DNA of 64,000 bases from Candidatus Babeliales bacterium (GCA_050179755.1 JBFXEV010000001.1:1449994-1513993); one strand, 5' to 3'. Numbered from the stretch's first letter, positions 1 to 10,741 are shown. Notes: a model not told the origin generated them from the sequence alone. Program-made: numbers and translations.

Positions 1-366
1 ACCATGACAGCGCTTTTAAAACTTTATGAACCCCTAGAAGACATTGATCTTAAAGCATGGTCACTTAATATGATCGGCAAAGAGCGTAGCATTACCGATG
101 TGGGCATTATGCAGTTAGTAGAAGCAGTTTCTACTATTTCAAAACCATATATGAACGTGCAACGTTATAAAGGTCTTGGTGAAATGAACCCTGAGCAATT
201 GTGGGAAACGGCTATGGATCCTGCGCGCAGAAACATGCTTAAAGTAAACGTGCCTGATGAAGTGGAAGCTGATACCTGGTTTACCACACTTATGGGTGAT
301 GATGTGCTTGGCCGCAAATTGTTTATTGAAGATAATGGGCAGTTTGTTAAAAACTTGGATGTATAA
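1..366 (+). CDS. gyrB: DNA gyrase subunit B, C-terminal part (5' truncated by window)
   Basis: [21 protein letters not shown] motif and FTTLMGDDV...NLDV C-terminus typical of GyrB. Confidence 0.95.
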   Translation, partial: TMTALLKLYEPLEDIDLKAWSLNMIGKERSITDVGIMQLVEAVSTISKPYMNVQRYKGLGEMNPEQLWETAMDPARRNMLKVNVPDEVEADTWFTTLMGDDVLGRKLFIEDNGQFVKNLDV

Positions 367-368
367 GA

Positions 369-502
369 ACCGCTCGCACGAACCCTTCGATACGATTCGC
401 TTCGCGAATCACTCAGGGTGAGCGGTGTTTTAAAGTATATACATACCGCTCATACTGAGTGTTTTTTGAAGAATGAAAAAAATGTATCATAGTATAAAGC
501 GG
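369..502. repeat. Palindromic intergenic repeat (family A), two inverted units
   Basis: CCCTTCGA-hairpin-CTCAGGGTGAGCGG followed by inverted CCGCTCATACTGAGTG; same ends recur at 13609, 38559 and 59139. Confidence 0.8.
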
Positions 503-516
503 AAAATTAACATTAA

Positions 517-1494
517 ATGCAAACATTATTTACTAAAATCCAACAATTTTGTATCGACCACAATCTTATTACTCCTGGTAGTAAGATTGTGGTCGGCTTT
601 TCTGGCGGCCCAGATTCTATGCTGCTGCTTTATTTCCTTAATTCAATTAAACACACGCACAATCTTTCATTGCTAGCGGTGCATCTTGATCATGGCTGGC
701 GAGAAAGCTCTGCTTCGGAAGCAGTATTTTGTAAAGAGGTGTGTGATAAATTAGATATTGCATTTCTAAGCGCACGCTTAAACGAATTACCATTACCACC
801 AGAAAAATTAAAAGGCTCCAAAGAAGAAGTTGGGCGCCATGCGCGCAGATTCTTGCTAGAACAAGTGGCGCATGAACATAACGCAAACTCCATTGCTCTT
901 GGTCAACATTTTGATGATCAAGAAGAAACCTTCTTTATTCGTCTCATTCGCGGGAGCACGCTCTCTGGCCTTACCGGCATCAAGCCGCAGGAAGGCATGT
1001 ATATCAGACCATTACTTTCATTAATGAAAAAAGAAGTACTCACCCACCTTGATAAACAAGGTATTACCTATATTAAAGATCCAAGCAATGAGCACGATGC
1101 CTATTTACGAAATAAAATTAGAAAATATGTAATTCCTGCATTGCGCCAAGTTGATGATCGCTTTGACCATAATTTCAAGCGCACGCTTACATCTTTGCAA
1201 GAAACAGAAGATTACTTAAAGACGCATACGCAAGAAGTTTTTGATAGAATCGCGCAACATGAACATGATTGCTGGATGCTGCAAAGTGATAAACTGCTTA
1301 CGCTACACCCTTATATGCAACATCGCATTTTATTAATGTGGCTTATTAAAAACAATGTCTCATTTGTGCCAACTGAAAGCTTTTTAGATGAGATCATACG
1401 ATTCATCGAGCAATCGGGAAGTAAAACGCATACGCTCCACGAGCGGTGGTCGATTGTTAAGAAAAAGAATGTAATCTTTATAGAAAAACTATAA
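517..1494 (+). CDS. tilS: tRNA(Ile)-lysidine synthetase
   Basis: PP-loop SGGPDS, HLDHGWR, HFDDQEET, IRPLL, DPSN, RNKIR motifs. Confidence 0.95.
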   Translation: MQTLFTKIQQFCIDHNLITPGSKIVVGFSGGPDSMLLLYFLNSIKHTHNLSLLAVHLDHGWRESSASEAVFCKEVCDKLDIAFLSARLNELPLPPEKLKGSKEEVGRHARRFLLEQVAHEHNANSIALGQHFDDQEETFFIRLIRGSTLSGLTGIKPQEGMYIRPLLSLMKKEVLTHLDKQGITYIKDPSNEHDAYLRNKIRKYVIPALRQVDDRFDHNFKRTLTSLQETEDYLKTHTQEVFDRIAQHEHDCWMLQSDKLLTLHPYMQHRILLMWLIKNNVSFVPTESFLDEIIRFIEQSGSKTHTLHERWSIVKKKNVIFIEKL

Positions 1495-1514
1495 CAACAA
1501 AAAAAGGAGCAACA

Positions 1515-1934
1515 ATGAACATACCACTTTTCTTGAAATTATTTATTATAAGCTATCCAATTTTTATTCTTATGGATCTTTTTTGGGTTGCATATTTAAT
1601 GAGCGAAACATATCACAACTATATTGGCTATATGTTCCATATTATTAATGGAGAAATGCAACTTAATAAAATAGCAGCATTTTCAGCGTGGCTATTGATT
1701 GTAGCTGGCGCTATTGCACTTGTATTACCTCAAACAATGGGACGCGGTATCGCTGTTAGTTTGGCTTGGGGTGCCTTCTATGGATTGGTAATCTATGGAT
1801 TCTCTAATCTTAATAATTTAGCAATATTTAAAAACTGGCCGTTAACCATTACTCTTATTGATATTGCCTGGGGCATGTTACTCAATGCAATCTTTATGGT
1901 ATTATTAAATATGTTACATACTTATATACGTTAA
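1515..1934 (+). CDS. DUF2177-like small membrane protein
   Basis: About 4 TM segments; D-x-x-W near N-terminus and GAFYGLVIYG..NLNNLA...WP....IDIAWG pattern. Confidence 0.75.
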   Translation: MNIPLFLKLFIISYPIFILMDLFWVAYLMSETYHNYIGYMFHIINGEMQLNKIAAFSAWLLIVAGAIALVLPQTMGRGIAVSLAWGAFYGLVIYGFSNLNNLAIFKNWPLTITLIDIAWGMLLNAIFMVLLNMLHTYIR

Positions 1935-1961
1935 TAAGTTTTTAAAAACAAAAGAGGAAAA

Positions 1962-2381
1962 ATGAACGCATCTCATATCATCAAATTATTTGTAATCAGT
2001 TATCCGATATACCTACTAATAGACTTTATTTGGTTTGGTGTATTAATGCAAGACACGTATAAGCATTATCTTGAGCCTATTTCTCGCACAATTGGCCATA
2101 CACTGCAAAGTCGTTGGCCAGCTGCAATAATTGTCTGGGCATTAATTGTTCTTGGTGCAATTATCTTTGTGCTTCCGCGTGCAGTAAACACCGGCCTTGT
2201 ATACAGCTTTTGCTGGGGTGCTTTGTATGGGCTTGTAGTCTATGGCACGTATAATCTAACTAATTATGCTATTCTTGAGCAGTGGCCACTGGCTATTGTG
2301 TTTATTGATAGTGGATGGGGAATGGTGGCAAATGGCATTTTGCTCGTGCTACTAAGATGGTTGAGTAGTTATAATAGTTAG
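1962..2381 (+). CDS. DUF2177-like small membrane protein (paralog of upstream gene)
   Basis: Same 139-aa length; GALYGLVVYGTYNLTNYA...WP....IDSGWG. Confidence 0.8.
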   Translation: MNASHIIKLFVISYPIYLLIDFIWFGVLMQDTYKHYLEPISRTIGHTLQSRWPAAIIVWALIVLGAIIFVLPRAVNTGLVYSFCWGALYGLVVYGTYNLTNYAILEQWPLAIVFIDSGWGMVANGILLVLLRWLSSYNS

Positions 2382-2451
2382 AACAATAAATAGTATTTTT
2401 ACTATCAATGTTGCTTTAGAAAAAATCTTTATCTTTACCATTGATATTCAC

Positions 2452-2891
2452 GAGGCCCCTCATGCCGGGGCATGCACATACTCTTTTTTTTAGTAAAAAG
2501 AGTATGCAGAAAACCATAATTAGGGAAGCATCCGCTCCCTAAAACCCTCTCTCCCGGTGTAGACGCCTAATCTCGAATTTCCTTTAATGAAATTCTCACT
2601 CGGCTCCACCGTTTCGTGTAGGAACTACATTATTCAAAAAAATACTTGCCAGTACATCCAGCCCTTACTAACGTAATGACTGACAGGCCAATATAACACA
2701 TTCGAAATGCATAATTTTAAATTGATACAAGAACATCCTTGACCGTTTTGATTTGACTCTTAGAACTTTAAAAAAGTTCGCTGGAGGAAAAGCCAAAACG
2801 CAGGATATACAAGGATGGCTATCCTTGTATGCCCTTTTGAATCAAATGGTTTTTGGCAAAAAAAGCATTTGCCCTGCGCGGGCAGCGCCGC
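2452..2891. mobile_element. MITE-like non-coding structured element (family B, copy 1)
   Basis: GC-rich ends in AT-rich spacer; hairpins CATACTCTTTTT..AAAAAGAGTATG and TTAGGG..CCCTAA; same layout at 18497-18863. Confidence 0.55.
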
Positions 2892-2935
2892 AAAATAAAA
2901 GATAACAATATGAGTGTACGGCTTGTACAAAAAAA

Positions 2936-3760
2936 TTAATACTTCTCCAATTGCTCAAAAGAAACATACATAGGCAAAGGCATAATGATATGTTCTTTTG
3001 CAAACCGTTCTTGAATCTCAGCTATAATAGTATCTTTTAAATTTTGCCAATTCTTTTGATTAGACCAAACACCAACTTGAATTTTTAATGTTGACTCATT
3101 AAATTCTTCACAAAAAAGTAATGGTTCTTTATCTTTCAAAGAAAACTGATTCGCTTTTGCTACTGCGTGTATCACATCACACACCCTGCGCACATCTTCT
3201 TTATGTGATACCGCAATTTTAAAATCAAATCTTCGCTCTTCAAAATAACTAGTATTCACCACATTGCTTGCAATAATAGTGGCGTGGGGCACGCGCACAA
3301 AGGTGCCATTTGCTTGGCGCAATTTCACTGAAAGTAAATCTATAGAATCTACGGTGCCTGCAACGCCTGCAACTTCAATATAATCACCAATCTTAAATGA
3401 ACTTTCACTAATTAAAAAAAGACCGCTAATAATGTTAGAAACACTAGTTTGAGATGCAAAACCAATTGCGGCAGTAAAAATACCAGCAGCGCCAAGTAGT
3501 GCACCCATTTGGAAATTAAGTGCATGAAGAACTAAGAAAAGTATTATTAACACGCCAGCATAATACAATGCCCGTAATAGCAGCGTGCGCACATGCTCGG
3601 TGCCATGATGCTCTAACGCTCTGCGCGCAAAACGAATGGCAAGCTTTAAGCCAATATACCCAAGCACTAATATTAAAAGTACTTTTATGCCAGTAAATAA
3701 TACTTCTTTATTAAAGACTGTTTCTTGAATAGATGCCCACATTTCTTTTAGATCTAACAT
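2936..3760 (-). CDS. mscS: Small-conductance mechanosensitive channel
   Basis: 3 TM, IGFASQTSVSNIISG, FKIGDYIEVAGVAGTV. Confidence 0.9.
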   Translation of the reverse strand: MLDLKEMWASIQETVFNKEVLFTGIKVLLILVLGYIGLKLAIRFARRALEHHGTEHVRTLLLRALYYAGVLIILFLVLHALNFQMGALLGAAGIFTAAIGFASQTSVSNIISGLFLISESSFKIGDYIEVAGVAGTVDSIDLLSVKLRQANGTFVRVPHATIIASNVVNTSYFEERRFDFKIAVSHKEDVRRVCDVIHAVAKANQFSLKDKEPLLFCEEFNESTLKIQVGVWSNQKNWQNLKDTIIAEIQERFAKEHIIMPLPMYVSFEQLEKY

Positions 3761-3779
3761 TGCTCTCTCCTTTTTTTAA

Positions 3780-5087
3780 CTATTTTCTTTTTGTTCCTGA
3801 GCGAGATTTACCACTAGTTCGCGATTTACTTTTACCACCGCCACCAGGCTTAGTTCGCTTAAACGCTGGCTTAGTACTCACTGCGGTTGATTTTTTGCGA
3901 GGTGTTGTGGGCTTTGATCGCGTGCGCGGCTTTGTGTCAATTGCATCAAACCTTGTGCGTGACCGTGTTGGCCGTTCATCATCGCCTTCATTAAACCAAC
4001 TTTCAATATCAAAGCGTTCTGGTTTTTCTTGCCAACTTGCGCGTTCTTGGCGATCTTTATGCGATCGTGTAGGGCGCTTAGGACTATAATCATCTTTTAC
4101 ATGAGAATCTGAACGTCTAAAGCCAGCTTTTGAATCGCTACGTTCTCGCCTAGTTGGTTCTTGTGGCTTTACATCATCTTGATTAAACCACTCTTCGGTC
4201 CCAATAATACGTTCTTTCTTTTTTCTTATATCAGGACGATCAGTACGCTTAAAGCGAGATTTTTTTTCTAAACCCGCACCAAAAGAACGCCCGCTCGGTT
4301 TGCGCTGCTTGTCATTAAACGCTGGTCTTTTTGCACCAGTTCTTGGTTTTCTAGCTTTCTTTGCAGCTTCTTGTGCCATAGTTTTTAATGACGTAATTTC
4401 TTCTTCAGTTAAAGCGCGCCATTTACCAAGAGCAAGACCCTTTTTATTTAGCCCTGCATAATCAATACGATCAAGTTGCCGCACTTCATAACCAAAATGC
4501 TCAAACATGCGCCGTATAATATGCTTTTTACCACTATGAATTTCTATGATGGCAACATATTTTCTTTTACCCGGTACAAGCACCGCGCGATCAGCTCGTG
4601 CCTTACCATCTTTTAGAAAGAGACCTTTAAACATTAATTTTAAATGCTCAGGGTTCACCGGTTTATCAAGAGTAACCATGTACTCTTTTTTCATATTAAA
4701 TCTTGGGTGCGAAAGTTGTTGGGCAAGTTCACCATCATTGGTGAATACCAAAAGGCCAGTAGTATCGCGATCAAGACGCCCTATTGGGAAAATTCGCTCG
4801 CGGGTGGCACCCTTCATAAGCAAAGAAACATCTTCCCGGCCCAAATTATCTTCCATCGTGGTAATAAATCCAGTAGGCTTATTAAGTAAAAAATATACTT
4901 TTTTACCTTCAACAATCTTTTTACCCTCAAGGCGTATATCATCACCAGGTGATACTTCTAACCATGGCTCTTTAATAATTGAACCATTCACAGTTACCTT
5001 ACCTTCTTTAATAAGATCAGTCACGGTACGGCGTGAATGCCCAGCATGAGCTGCCAAATATTTTACTAATGTAGTGGCCTGGGCCAT
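3780..5087 (-). CDS. rRNA pseudouridine synthase (RluB/RsuA family) with long basic C-terminal tail
   Basis: S4 domain, LNKPTG, GRLDRDTTGLL catalytic motif; GGAG RBS before ATG 5087. Confidence 0.9.
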   Translation of the reverse strand: MAQATTLVKYLAAHAGHSRRTVTDLIKEGKVTVNGSIIKEPWLEVSPGDDIRLEGKKIVEGKKVYFLLNKPTGFITTMEDNLGREDVSLLMKGATRERIFPIGRLDRDTTGLLVFTNDGELAQQLSHPRFNMKKEYMVTLDKPVNPEHLKLMFKGLFLKDGKARADRAVLVPGKRKYVAIIEIHSGKKHIIRRMFEHFGYEVRQLDRIDYAGLNKKGLALGKWRALTEEEITSLKTMAQEAAKKARKPRTGAKRPAFNDKQRKPSGRSFGAGLEKKSRFKRTDRPDIRKKKERIIGTEEWFNQDDVKPQEPTRRERSDSKAGFRRSDSHVKDDYSPKRPTRSHKDRQERASWQEKPERFDIESWFNEGDDERPTRSRTRFDAIDTKPRTRSKPTTPRKKSTAVSTKPAFKRTKPGGGGKSKSRTSGKSRSGTKRK

Positions 5088-5269
5088 AAAAAACTCCATA
5101 AATCAGGTTATCATTTAATTATTAAAAATAGTGTCAAAACAATGCTCTCAGACAAAATTATTCAAATAGAGACAAACAAAAAGAGAATAATTCTATTAAT
5201 AGTTTACTTTATAGCCTACTGTCTATTACACTAGAGGCAGGTGCAGTACTATAGAGAGCAAGGAGCAGC

Positions 5270-6412
5270 ATGCAGCAATACAGAGAACCAGAAAACAAAA
5301 AAATGTTCTTTCTGCTTTCATTGCTTGTGCATTTATTACTGCTTTATCTGTTCTTCTTATGTATATCATATCACAATTCCAATAAAACCGTAGTAGATCC
5401 ACGCTCTGATGCTCAAAAAGACCCTAATCAAGGTTCTTCACAGCCTGCTCCGGCACCCGGCACCCAACCGGATAAACCGCAAGATCCCAAAGAAGAAGAA
5501 AAAAAAGCAAGCCAAGAATTGGCTGAGTTGAAGGCCCGGCAGTCGGCCTTTGGGGCTCCAGTAGTGTTTGAGGACATGCCCGAATCAGTACCAACGCTCG
5601 CCGTGAACAAAGATCACGATGGCCCTGGCGACGAAGAACAGGAGCTTGTGGAAGATCAGCCTGATGCTACCACAAAAAAACAGGAAGCCGTTGTGGTGGC
5701 ACAAAAAGCATCCCCCAAACAACAGGTTGAAAAAGATCTTGCGCTTGCAAAAAATAGAGCATCGCAAGCCAGCGATGGCACCTCGTTTACTGTAAGCGAA
5801 AATCTTCTTCAAGAAACTATTGAAGCACTGGAAAATAAGAACGCTCAGGAACGGCAAGAGCAGATCACCAAAAAACGGACTAGGCGGCGCCGTACGCCCT
5901 CCAAAAAAAGTGACACCACCACCGCACTTAATGAAGGCAATTCACAACGCAGCGCCGGCCCTACTAATAAAAAGTTTACATTTGCCGATCTTGCAAACGG
6001 CTTTCTAGAAAATTTACAAAGTGGCGGCAAAGATGCGATCAACCAACGCGGCAATCCAAACATACGCCCGGGCATTGAACAATTAAAGCAAGCAAGTTAT
6101 CGCGAAAAAATGGCCTGGAATTTGCAAGCTGCTTTCAAACGTGCAGCACGACGAACTAAATTTATCACACCATCCCCAGAATTTAATAGACTCGAATGTA
6201 CGTTCTATATTGCAAAAAGCGGCGAGCTTGAAAAACTTGATGTGCTTTCTGGCACTGGCCACCAAGAACTTGATTCATTTATAGTAACTACAATCAAAGA
6301 CGCGTTTCCGCTACCGCCAATTCCTGATCATTGGGCGCAAGACATGCTTGTGCAAACATGGGTATTTAGAAATATTCAACCAAATGAGAGCTCATACGTA
6401 GTCAACTTCTAA
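5270..6412 (+). CDS. TonB/TolA-like energy transducer
   Basis: N-terminal TM with SLLVH, long disordered linker, C-terminal SGTGHQELDS...AFPLPPIP TonB_C-like domain. Confidence 0.7.
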   Translation: MQQYREPENKKMFFLLSLLVHLLLLYLFFLCISYHNSNKTVVDPRSDAQKDPNQGSSQPAPAPGTQPDKPQDPKEEEKKASQELAELKARQSAFGAPVVFEDMPESVPTLAVNKDHDGPGDEEQELVEDQPDATTKKQEAVVVAQKASPKQQVEKDLALAKNRASQASDGTSFTVSENLLQETIEALENKNAQERQEQITKKRTRRRRTPSKKSDTTTALNEGNSQRSAGPTNKKFTFADLANGFLENLQSGGKDAINQRGNPNIRPGIEQLKQASYREKMAWNLQAAFKRAARRTKFITPSPEFNRLECTFYIAKSGELEKLDVLSGTGHQELDSFIVTTIKDAFPLPPIPDHWAQDMLVQTWVFRNIQPNESSYVVNF

Positions 6413-6498
6413 ATTTCACATGAACTCTTTAAGTTCCTCACACACCGTGGTACGCTTAATTAAAAATAGGCGAAGCACGCAAGGATGAGGAGAAAATC

Positions 6499-7077
6499 AT
6501 GAAGCACATGAGCATATTACTGGCACTACTTGGCATCGGCCATCTTTTTGCACAAGAGCCTATTGAAAGCATTAAAACCGTATCTAAAGATATTGAGCTT
6601 AATATTGTTCCTCAATGGCATAACCTCGATCAAAATGAAGAACGCTGTGAAGAATTTGGCGGTGCGTGGATTGAAGCTGGTGTGATTACGCTCAGGAAAA
6701 AAACTCGTGAATCCATCAATATGACACATCTTATTTTAAGTTGGCAAGGTGAAGAACTTGAGCATTTAATTGGTTCGCTCTATCAACGCAAACCTAATAA
6801 AGATTTTATGCCCATTGAACAGAATTTAATATGCGATAGCAATTGGCAACAATCTGGCCAAAAACTTATCTTTAAATTCTTGCAGCCTCTTTCTCTTGAT
6901 GTATTAACTGAATTACGTTTAGTGCTTACCGTTCCGCAAGATATGCAAGACAAACTTAAAAATGGTTCACTTAAAGTAGAAGCAGATTATTTACCGGATC
7001 AAATTAAAGAGATGCTTGAAAATCAAAGTGCTGTTTTGACGTTTAATGAATGCGCAAAAACTAGTGCTTTGTCGTAA
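6499..7077 (+). CDS. Hypothetical exported protein
   Basis: GAGGAG RBS, signal peptide (LFA/QEP), 192 aa. Confidence 0.65.
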   Translation: MKHMSILLALLGIGHLFAQEPIESIKTVSKDIELNIVPQWHNLDQNEERCEEFGGAWIEAGVITLRKKTRESINMTHLILSWQGEELEHLIGSLYQRKPNKDFMPIEQNLICDSNWQQSGQKLIFKFLQPLSLDVLTELRLVLTVPQDMQDKLKNGSLKVEADYLPDQIKEMLENQSAVLTFNECAKTSALS

Positions 7078-7202
7078 TATTAAATAACAATATGAATGTG
7101 CAGTCTCAAAACAAAGTATAATAAAACTACCAAACTGGACATTTTTCTGTTTTCGCCTAAAACTATACATAGAACAACTATGCTTATTCAAGGAGAAAGT
7201 GT

Positions 7203-8570
7203 ATGGCAAAAGTAGTTATCATCGGCGCGGGCCTCACCGGTCTTTCCGCCGCATATCACCTAGAACAACGCGGTTTTACCGATTACAAATTATTTGAAAA
7301 AGAATCTGATGTTGGTGGTTTATGTAGATCAGTCTACCAAGATGGTTTTACTTTTGATTACACTGGCCATTTACTCCACGCAAGCGATGACTATTTTAGA
7401 GAACTCCTTGGCAATGTTGTTGGATTAAATAACTTTAATTCTATCACTCGCAGATCATACATTTATTCTCATGATACCTATACTAACTATCCTTACCAAG
7501 TAAATTTATACGGTTTGCCCACAGAAGTTATTGTTGAATGCATTGAAGGCTATGCACAGCGACCACAGAGCAAAAAAAATCCTAAAAATTTTTATGAATG
7601 GGCACACGTTAACTTTGGTGCGGGCATTGCAAAACATTTCTTTTACCCCTATCAAGAAAAAATATTTGCTTATGATATTAAACAAATAAGTACCTCTTGG
7701 ATGGGCAGGTTTGTGCCAAGCACGTCACTCAAGCAAATGATAGAAGGCGCCATAAAAGCCCCAGCAGATCAAAGTATTGGCTATAATGCAAACTTTTATT
7801 ACCCCAAATTTGGTGGCATACAGTTTTGGATAGAACAATTGGCTCACGCTGTATCGCAAGAAATTTATACTGAATGTACGGTCACTCAAGTTAACGTAAA
7901 AGAAAAATATGTAGAATTTGCAAACGGCCATCGTGAATATTATGAAACATTAATCACCACTATGCCACTTGATATATTGCTTAAGATGACTAAAGATGCA
8001 CCGGACACCAATTTGAATAAAGTTGCTGATAACCTTGATTGCAATTCTGTCATTAATTTAAACTGGGGATTCACAAGACCAGACATTTCACAAAAACATT
8101 GGATCTACTTTCCTGAAGAACACTATCCCTTTTACCGCATAGGATTCCCGCACAACTTTGCCGACAACATGGCACCACAAGGCTGCAGCTCGCTCTATGC
8201 AGAATTTGCACATGTTAAAAAATCACCGCGCTATATACAGCAAAAATTGCAAGCTACCAAAGACCAAATTAAAAAATTATTTAAGGTAACTAACCAAGAA
8301 ATAGCCACCGAAGCAGTGCTCAACATACAGCATGCCTATGTGCTGTATACACCATGGCGTGAAAAGAATTTAGCAAAATTACACAAGCGGCTTCAAGAAC
8401 ATGATATACATTCAGTTGGTCGTTATGGTGAATGGAAATATTCCAGCATGCAAGAAGCGGTACTTGATGGCAAAAAAGTAGCAGAGCATATTACAATTTT
8501 GCCGGCACAAAAAACATTCTATCAAAACATACCGGTACAAAAAAAATCTGGCAGCAAGGAGCTCCAATAA
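7203..8570 (+). CDS. FAD-dependent oxidoreductase (UDP-galactopyranose mutase/amine-oxidase-like)
   Basis: GAGLTG dinucleotide motif, VGGLCRS, GFTFDYTGH, GRYGEWKY. Confidence 0.75.
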   Translation: MAKVVIIGAGLTGLSAAYHLEQRGFTDYKLFEKESDVGGLCRSVYQDGFTFDYTGHLLHASDDYFRELLGNVVGLNNFNSITRRSYIYSHDTYTNYPYQVNLYGLPTEVIVECIEGYAQRPQSKKNPKNFYEWAHVNFGAGIAKHFFYPYQEKIFAYDIKQISTSWMGRFVPSTSLKQMIEGAIKAPADQSIGYNANFYYPKFGGIQFWIEQLAHAVSQEIYTECTVTQVNVKEKYVEFANGHREYYETLITTMPLDILLKMTKDAPDTNLNKVADNLDCNSVINLNWGFTRPDISQKHWIYFPEEHYPFYRIGFPHNFADNMAPQGCSSLYAEFAHVKKSPRYIQQKLQATKDQIKKLFKVTNQEIATEAVLNIQHAYVLYTPWREKNLAKLHKRLQEHDIHSVGRYGEWKYSSMQEAVLDGKKVAEHITILPAQKTFYQNIPVQKKSGSKELQ

Positions 8571-9469
8571 TGCATTTTTATCAAGGCAAACGCGCGCTGG
8601 TGACTGGCGGTGCAGGATTTATTGGATCGTATGTGGTAGAAGCATTGCTGCAAAAAGGCGCCTATGTAACTGTGCTTGATAATTTAAGTACTGGCGCATA
8701 TGAAAACATACAACCACATCGAAATAAAATTGCATTCATCACTGGCGATATAACTAATCTTGCCACATGCCTTTCTGCATCACGAGAAAAGGATATAGTT
8801 TTTCATTTGGCTGCAGACGTAAGCGTGCCCGCATCGCTTGAAGACCCTCAACATTGCTACCTCACTAACGTTATGGGAACTGCCAACATATTAGAAGCTG
8901 CTCGCAAGAATAAAATAAACCGCGTAGTATTCTCATCATCATCGGCAGTCTATGGCGTGCAAAAAGGCGCATGTTCTGAAACTGCTCCATGCAACCCCTC
9001 ATCACCTTATGGGCACAGTAAGTTACTGGGCGAAGAACTGTGCAAGCAGTATGCACAAACCCTTGGCGTAGGCACCGTATGCTTGCGTTATTTTAATGTC
9101 TATGGCGATCGGCAAAATCCCCAAGGTGCTTATGCAGCAGTTGTTGCAAAATTTAAAGATGCGATGCAAAAAAATCAGCCCATTACACTCTTTGGCGATG
9201 GATCACAAACACGAGATTTTATTAAAGTTGAAAATGTTGCGCAAGCAAACTTACAACTTGGTGCGTTACCCATAAGTGAACTCAATGGCCAAGTATTTAA
9301 TATTGGCACTGGCACCAGTATTACCATCAATGAATTATTTAAAAGGCTTAAAGTAGAGTTTCCTGACTATACACACGAACCATGCTATCAAGCAGCACGC
9401 GCAGGCGACATCCAGCATTCTACGGCAGATTGCACCAAATTTAAAAGCGTAGCTCAGCCAGACTTTTAA
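8570..9469 (+). CDS. NAD-dependent nucleotide-sugar epimerase/dehydratase (GalE/WbpP-like)
   Basis: TGGAGFIGS, SSSAVYG, YGHSK, LRYFNVYG; TAATG-coupled to upstream gene. Confidence 0.9.
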   Translation: MHFYQGKRALVTGGAGFIGSYVVEALLQKGAYVTVLDNLSTGAYENIQPHRNKIAFITGDITNLATCLSASREKDIVFHLAADVSVPASLEDPQHCYLTNVMGTANILEAARKNKINRVVFSSSSAVYGVQKGACSETAPCNPSSPYGHSKLLGEELCKQYAQTLGVGTVCLRYFNVYGDRQNPQGAYAAVVAKFKDAMQKNQPITLFGDGSQTRDFIKVENVAQANLQLGALPISELNGQVFNIGTGTSITINELFKRLKVEFPDYTHEPCYQAARAGDIQHSTADCTKFKSVAQPDF

Positions 9470-9572
9470 AAGTCCTTATAGTAAAGCAAAAAGCCTTGTG
9501 CTATACTATTTTTGTATAGTTATCCTTAATTTCTAAATATCACTGTATCTCACTTAACTATTTCAGGCATTA

Positions 9573-10721
9573 ATGGCACAAAAAGATTTCTACCAAGTCC
9601 TTGGCGTTTCAAAAACAGCAAGCCAAGACGAGATAAAAAAAGCATATCGCAAGCTCGCAATGCAATATCACCCTGACCGGAACCCCGGCAACAAAGAAGC
9701 TGAAGAAAAATTTAAAGAGGCTTCTGCTGCCTATCAAGTTCTGTCTGATGAAAATAAACGCCGACAATATGACCAGTTTGGCCATGCAGGCGTTGGCGGC
9801 CAGGGCGGCTTTAATGCCCAAGACATTAATATGGAAGATATATTCTCTAATTTTGGGGATATATTTGAGACTATGTTCGGTGGCGGCCCGCAACGAGGCC
9901 GTGGAGGCCCTCGAGCAGAACCAAGAAAAACGCAACCTACGCCACAACGTGGGCACGACTTAGGCCGTGAACTTTTAATAACGCTCAAAGAAGCATTTCT
10001 TGGCACCAAGCACGAAATGAGCTTTTATCATTTTGTAACATGCGAGGAATGTAATGGTAAAGGGCTTGAAAAAGGTACTACGTACCAAGTGTGTGAAACA
10101 TGCAAAGGTGCGGGCCAGCAATTATTCCGCCAAGGCTTTTTCACGGTAAGCCAACCATGCCCTACGTGCCGAGGCCAAGGCTATGTGATCCCTTCACCTT
10201 GCAAAGGGTGCAGTGGCGCATCACGCGTACAAAAATATGATAAATTTACCGTTACGATCCCTAAAGGAATTACCGATGGCACAGAACTGCGCATTGCAGG
10301 AAAAGGTGATGCTGGCGTGTTTGGCGGCCCTGCAGGCGATCTTTATATAACCATTCGCGTGTCTCAAGACAAAAAGTTCCAACGCGTTGGCAACGATTTG
10401 GCAACCACGCTCATGCTTACCTACCCACAATTAGTGCTAGGTGCTCAAATGGAAATTGAAAGTATTGATGGCACTAAGCATACCATTAAGATTCCAAAAG
10501 GAACGGCGGTTGGCAGTAAGATTACCGTTGCCGGCAAAGGGTTTAAAGACCTGCGCTCAAATGCAGTGGGTAATTTAGTTGTCACTACACAATGCCATAT
10601 ACCAACCAAGCTTTCTAGCGAAGCCAAAGATGCATTGACTAAATACTCAGAGCTTATTGGAACCGGCGTGACCGATGGTGATAATTCTATTATTGGTTTC
10701 TTTAAGAAATTTTTGGGATAG
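9573..10721 (+). CDS. dnaJ: Chaperone DnaJ
   Basis: J-domain HPD, G/F region, four CxxCxGxx zinc-finger repeats. Confidence 0.97.
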   Translation: MAQKDFYQVLGVSKTASQDEIKKAYRKLAMQYHPDRNPGNKEAEEKFKEASAAYQVLSDENKRRQYDQFGHAGVGGQGGFNAQDINMEDIFSNFGDIFETMFGGGPQRGRGGPRAEPRKTQPTPQRGHDLGRELLITLKEAFLGTKHEMSFYHFVTCEECNGKGLEKGTTYQVCETCKGAGQQLFRQGFFTVSQPCPTCRGQGYVIPSPCKGCSGASRVQKYDKFTVTIPKGITDGTELRIAGKGDAGVFGGPAGDLYITIRVSQDKKFQRVGNDLATTLMLTYPQLVLGAQMEIESIDGTKHTIKIPKGTAVGSKITVAGKGFKDLRSNAVGNLVVTTQCHIPTKLSSEAKDALTKYSELIGTGVTDGDNSIIGFFKKFLG

Positions 10722-10741
10722 ATTAGATTTGTAAACAAAAG

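Noticed and set aside
473..676. 67-aa ORF overlapping the tilS start
   Set aside because: Begins in repeat A and is out of frame within tilS; shadow ORF.
3733..5049. Plus-strand ORFs of 118 and 167 aa
   Set aside because: Antisense shadows of the pseudouridine synthase gene.
5868..5910. NLS-like KKRTRRRRTPSKK in the TonB/TolA-like protein
   Set aside because: Lies in the linker of an inner-membrane-anchored protein; basic patches arise easily by chance.
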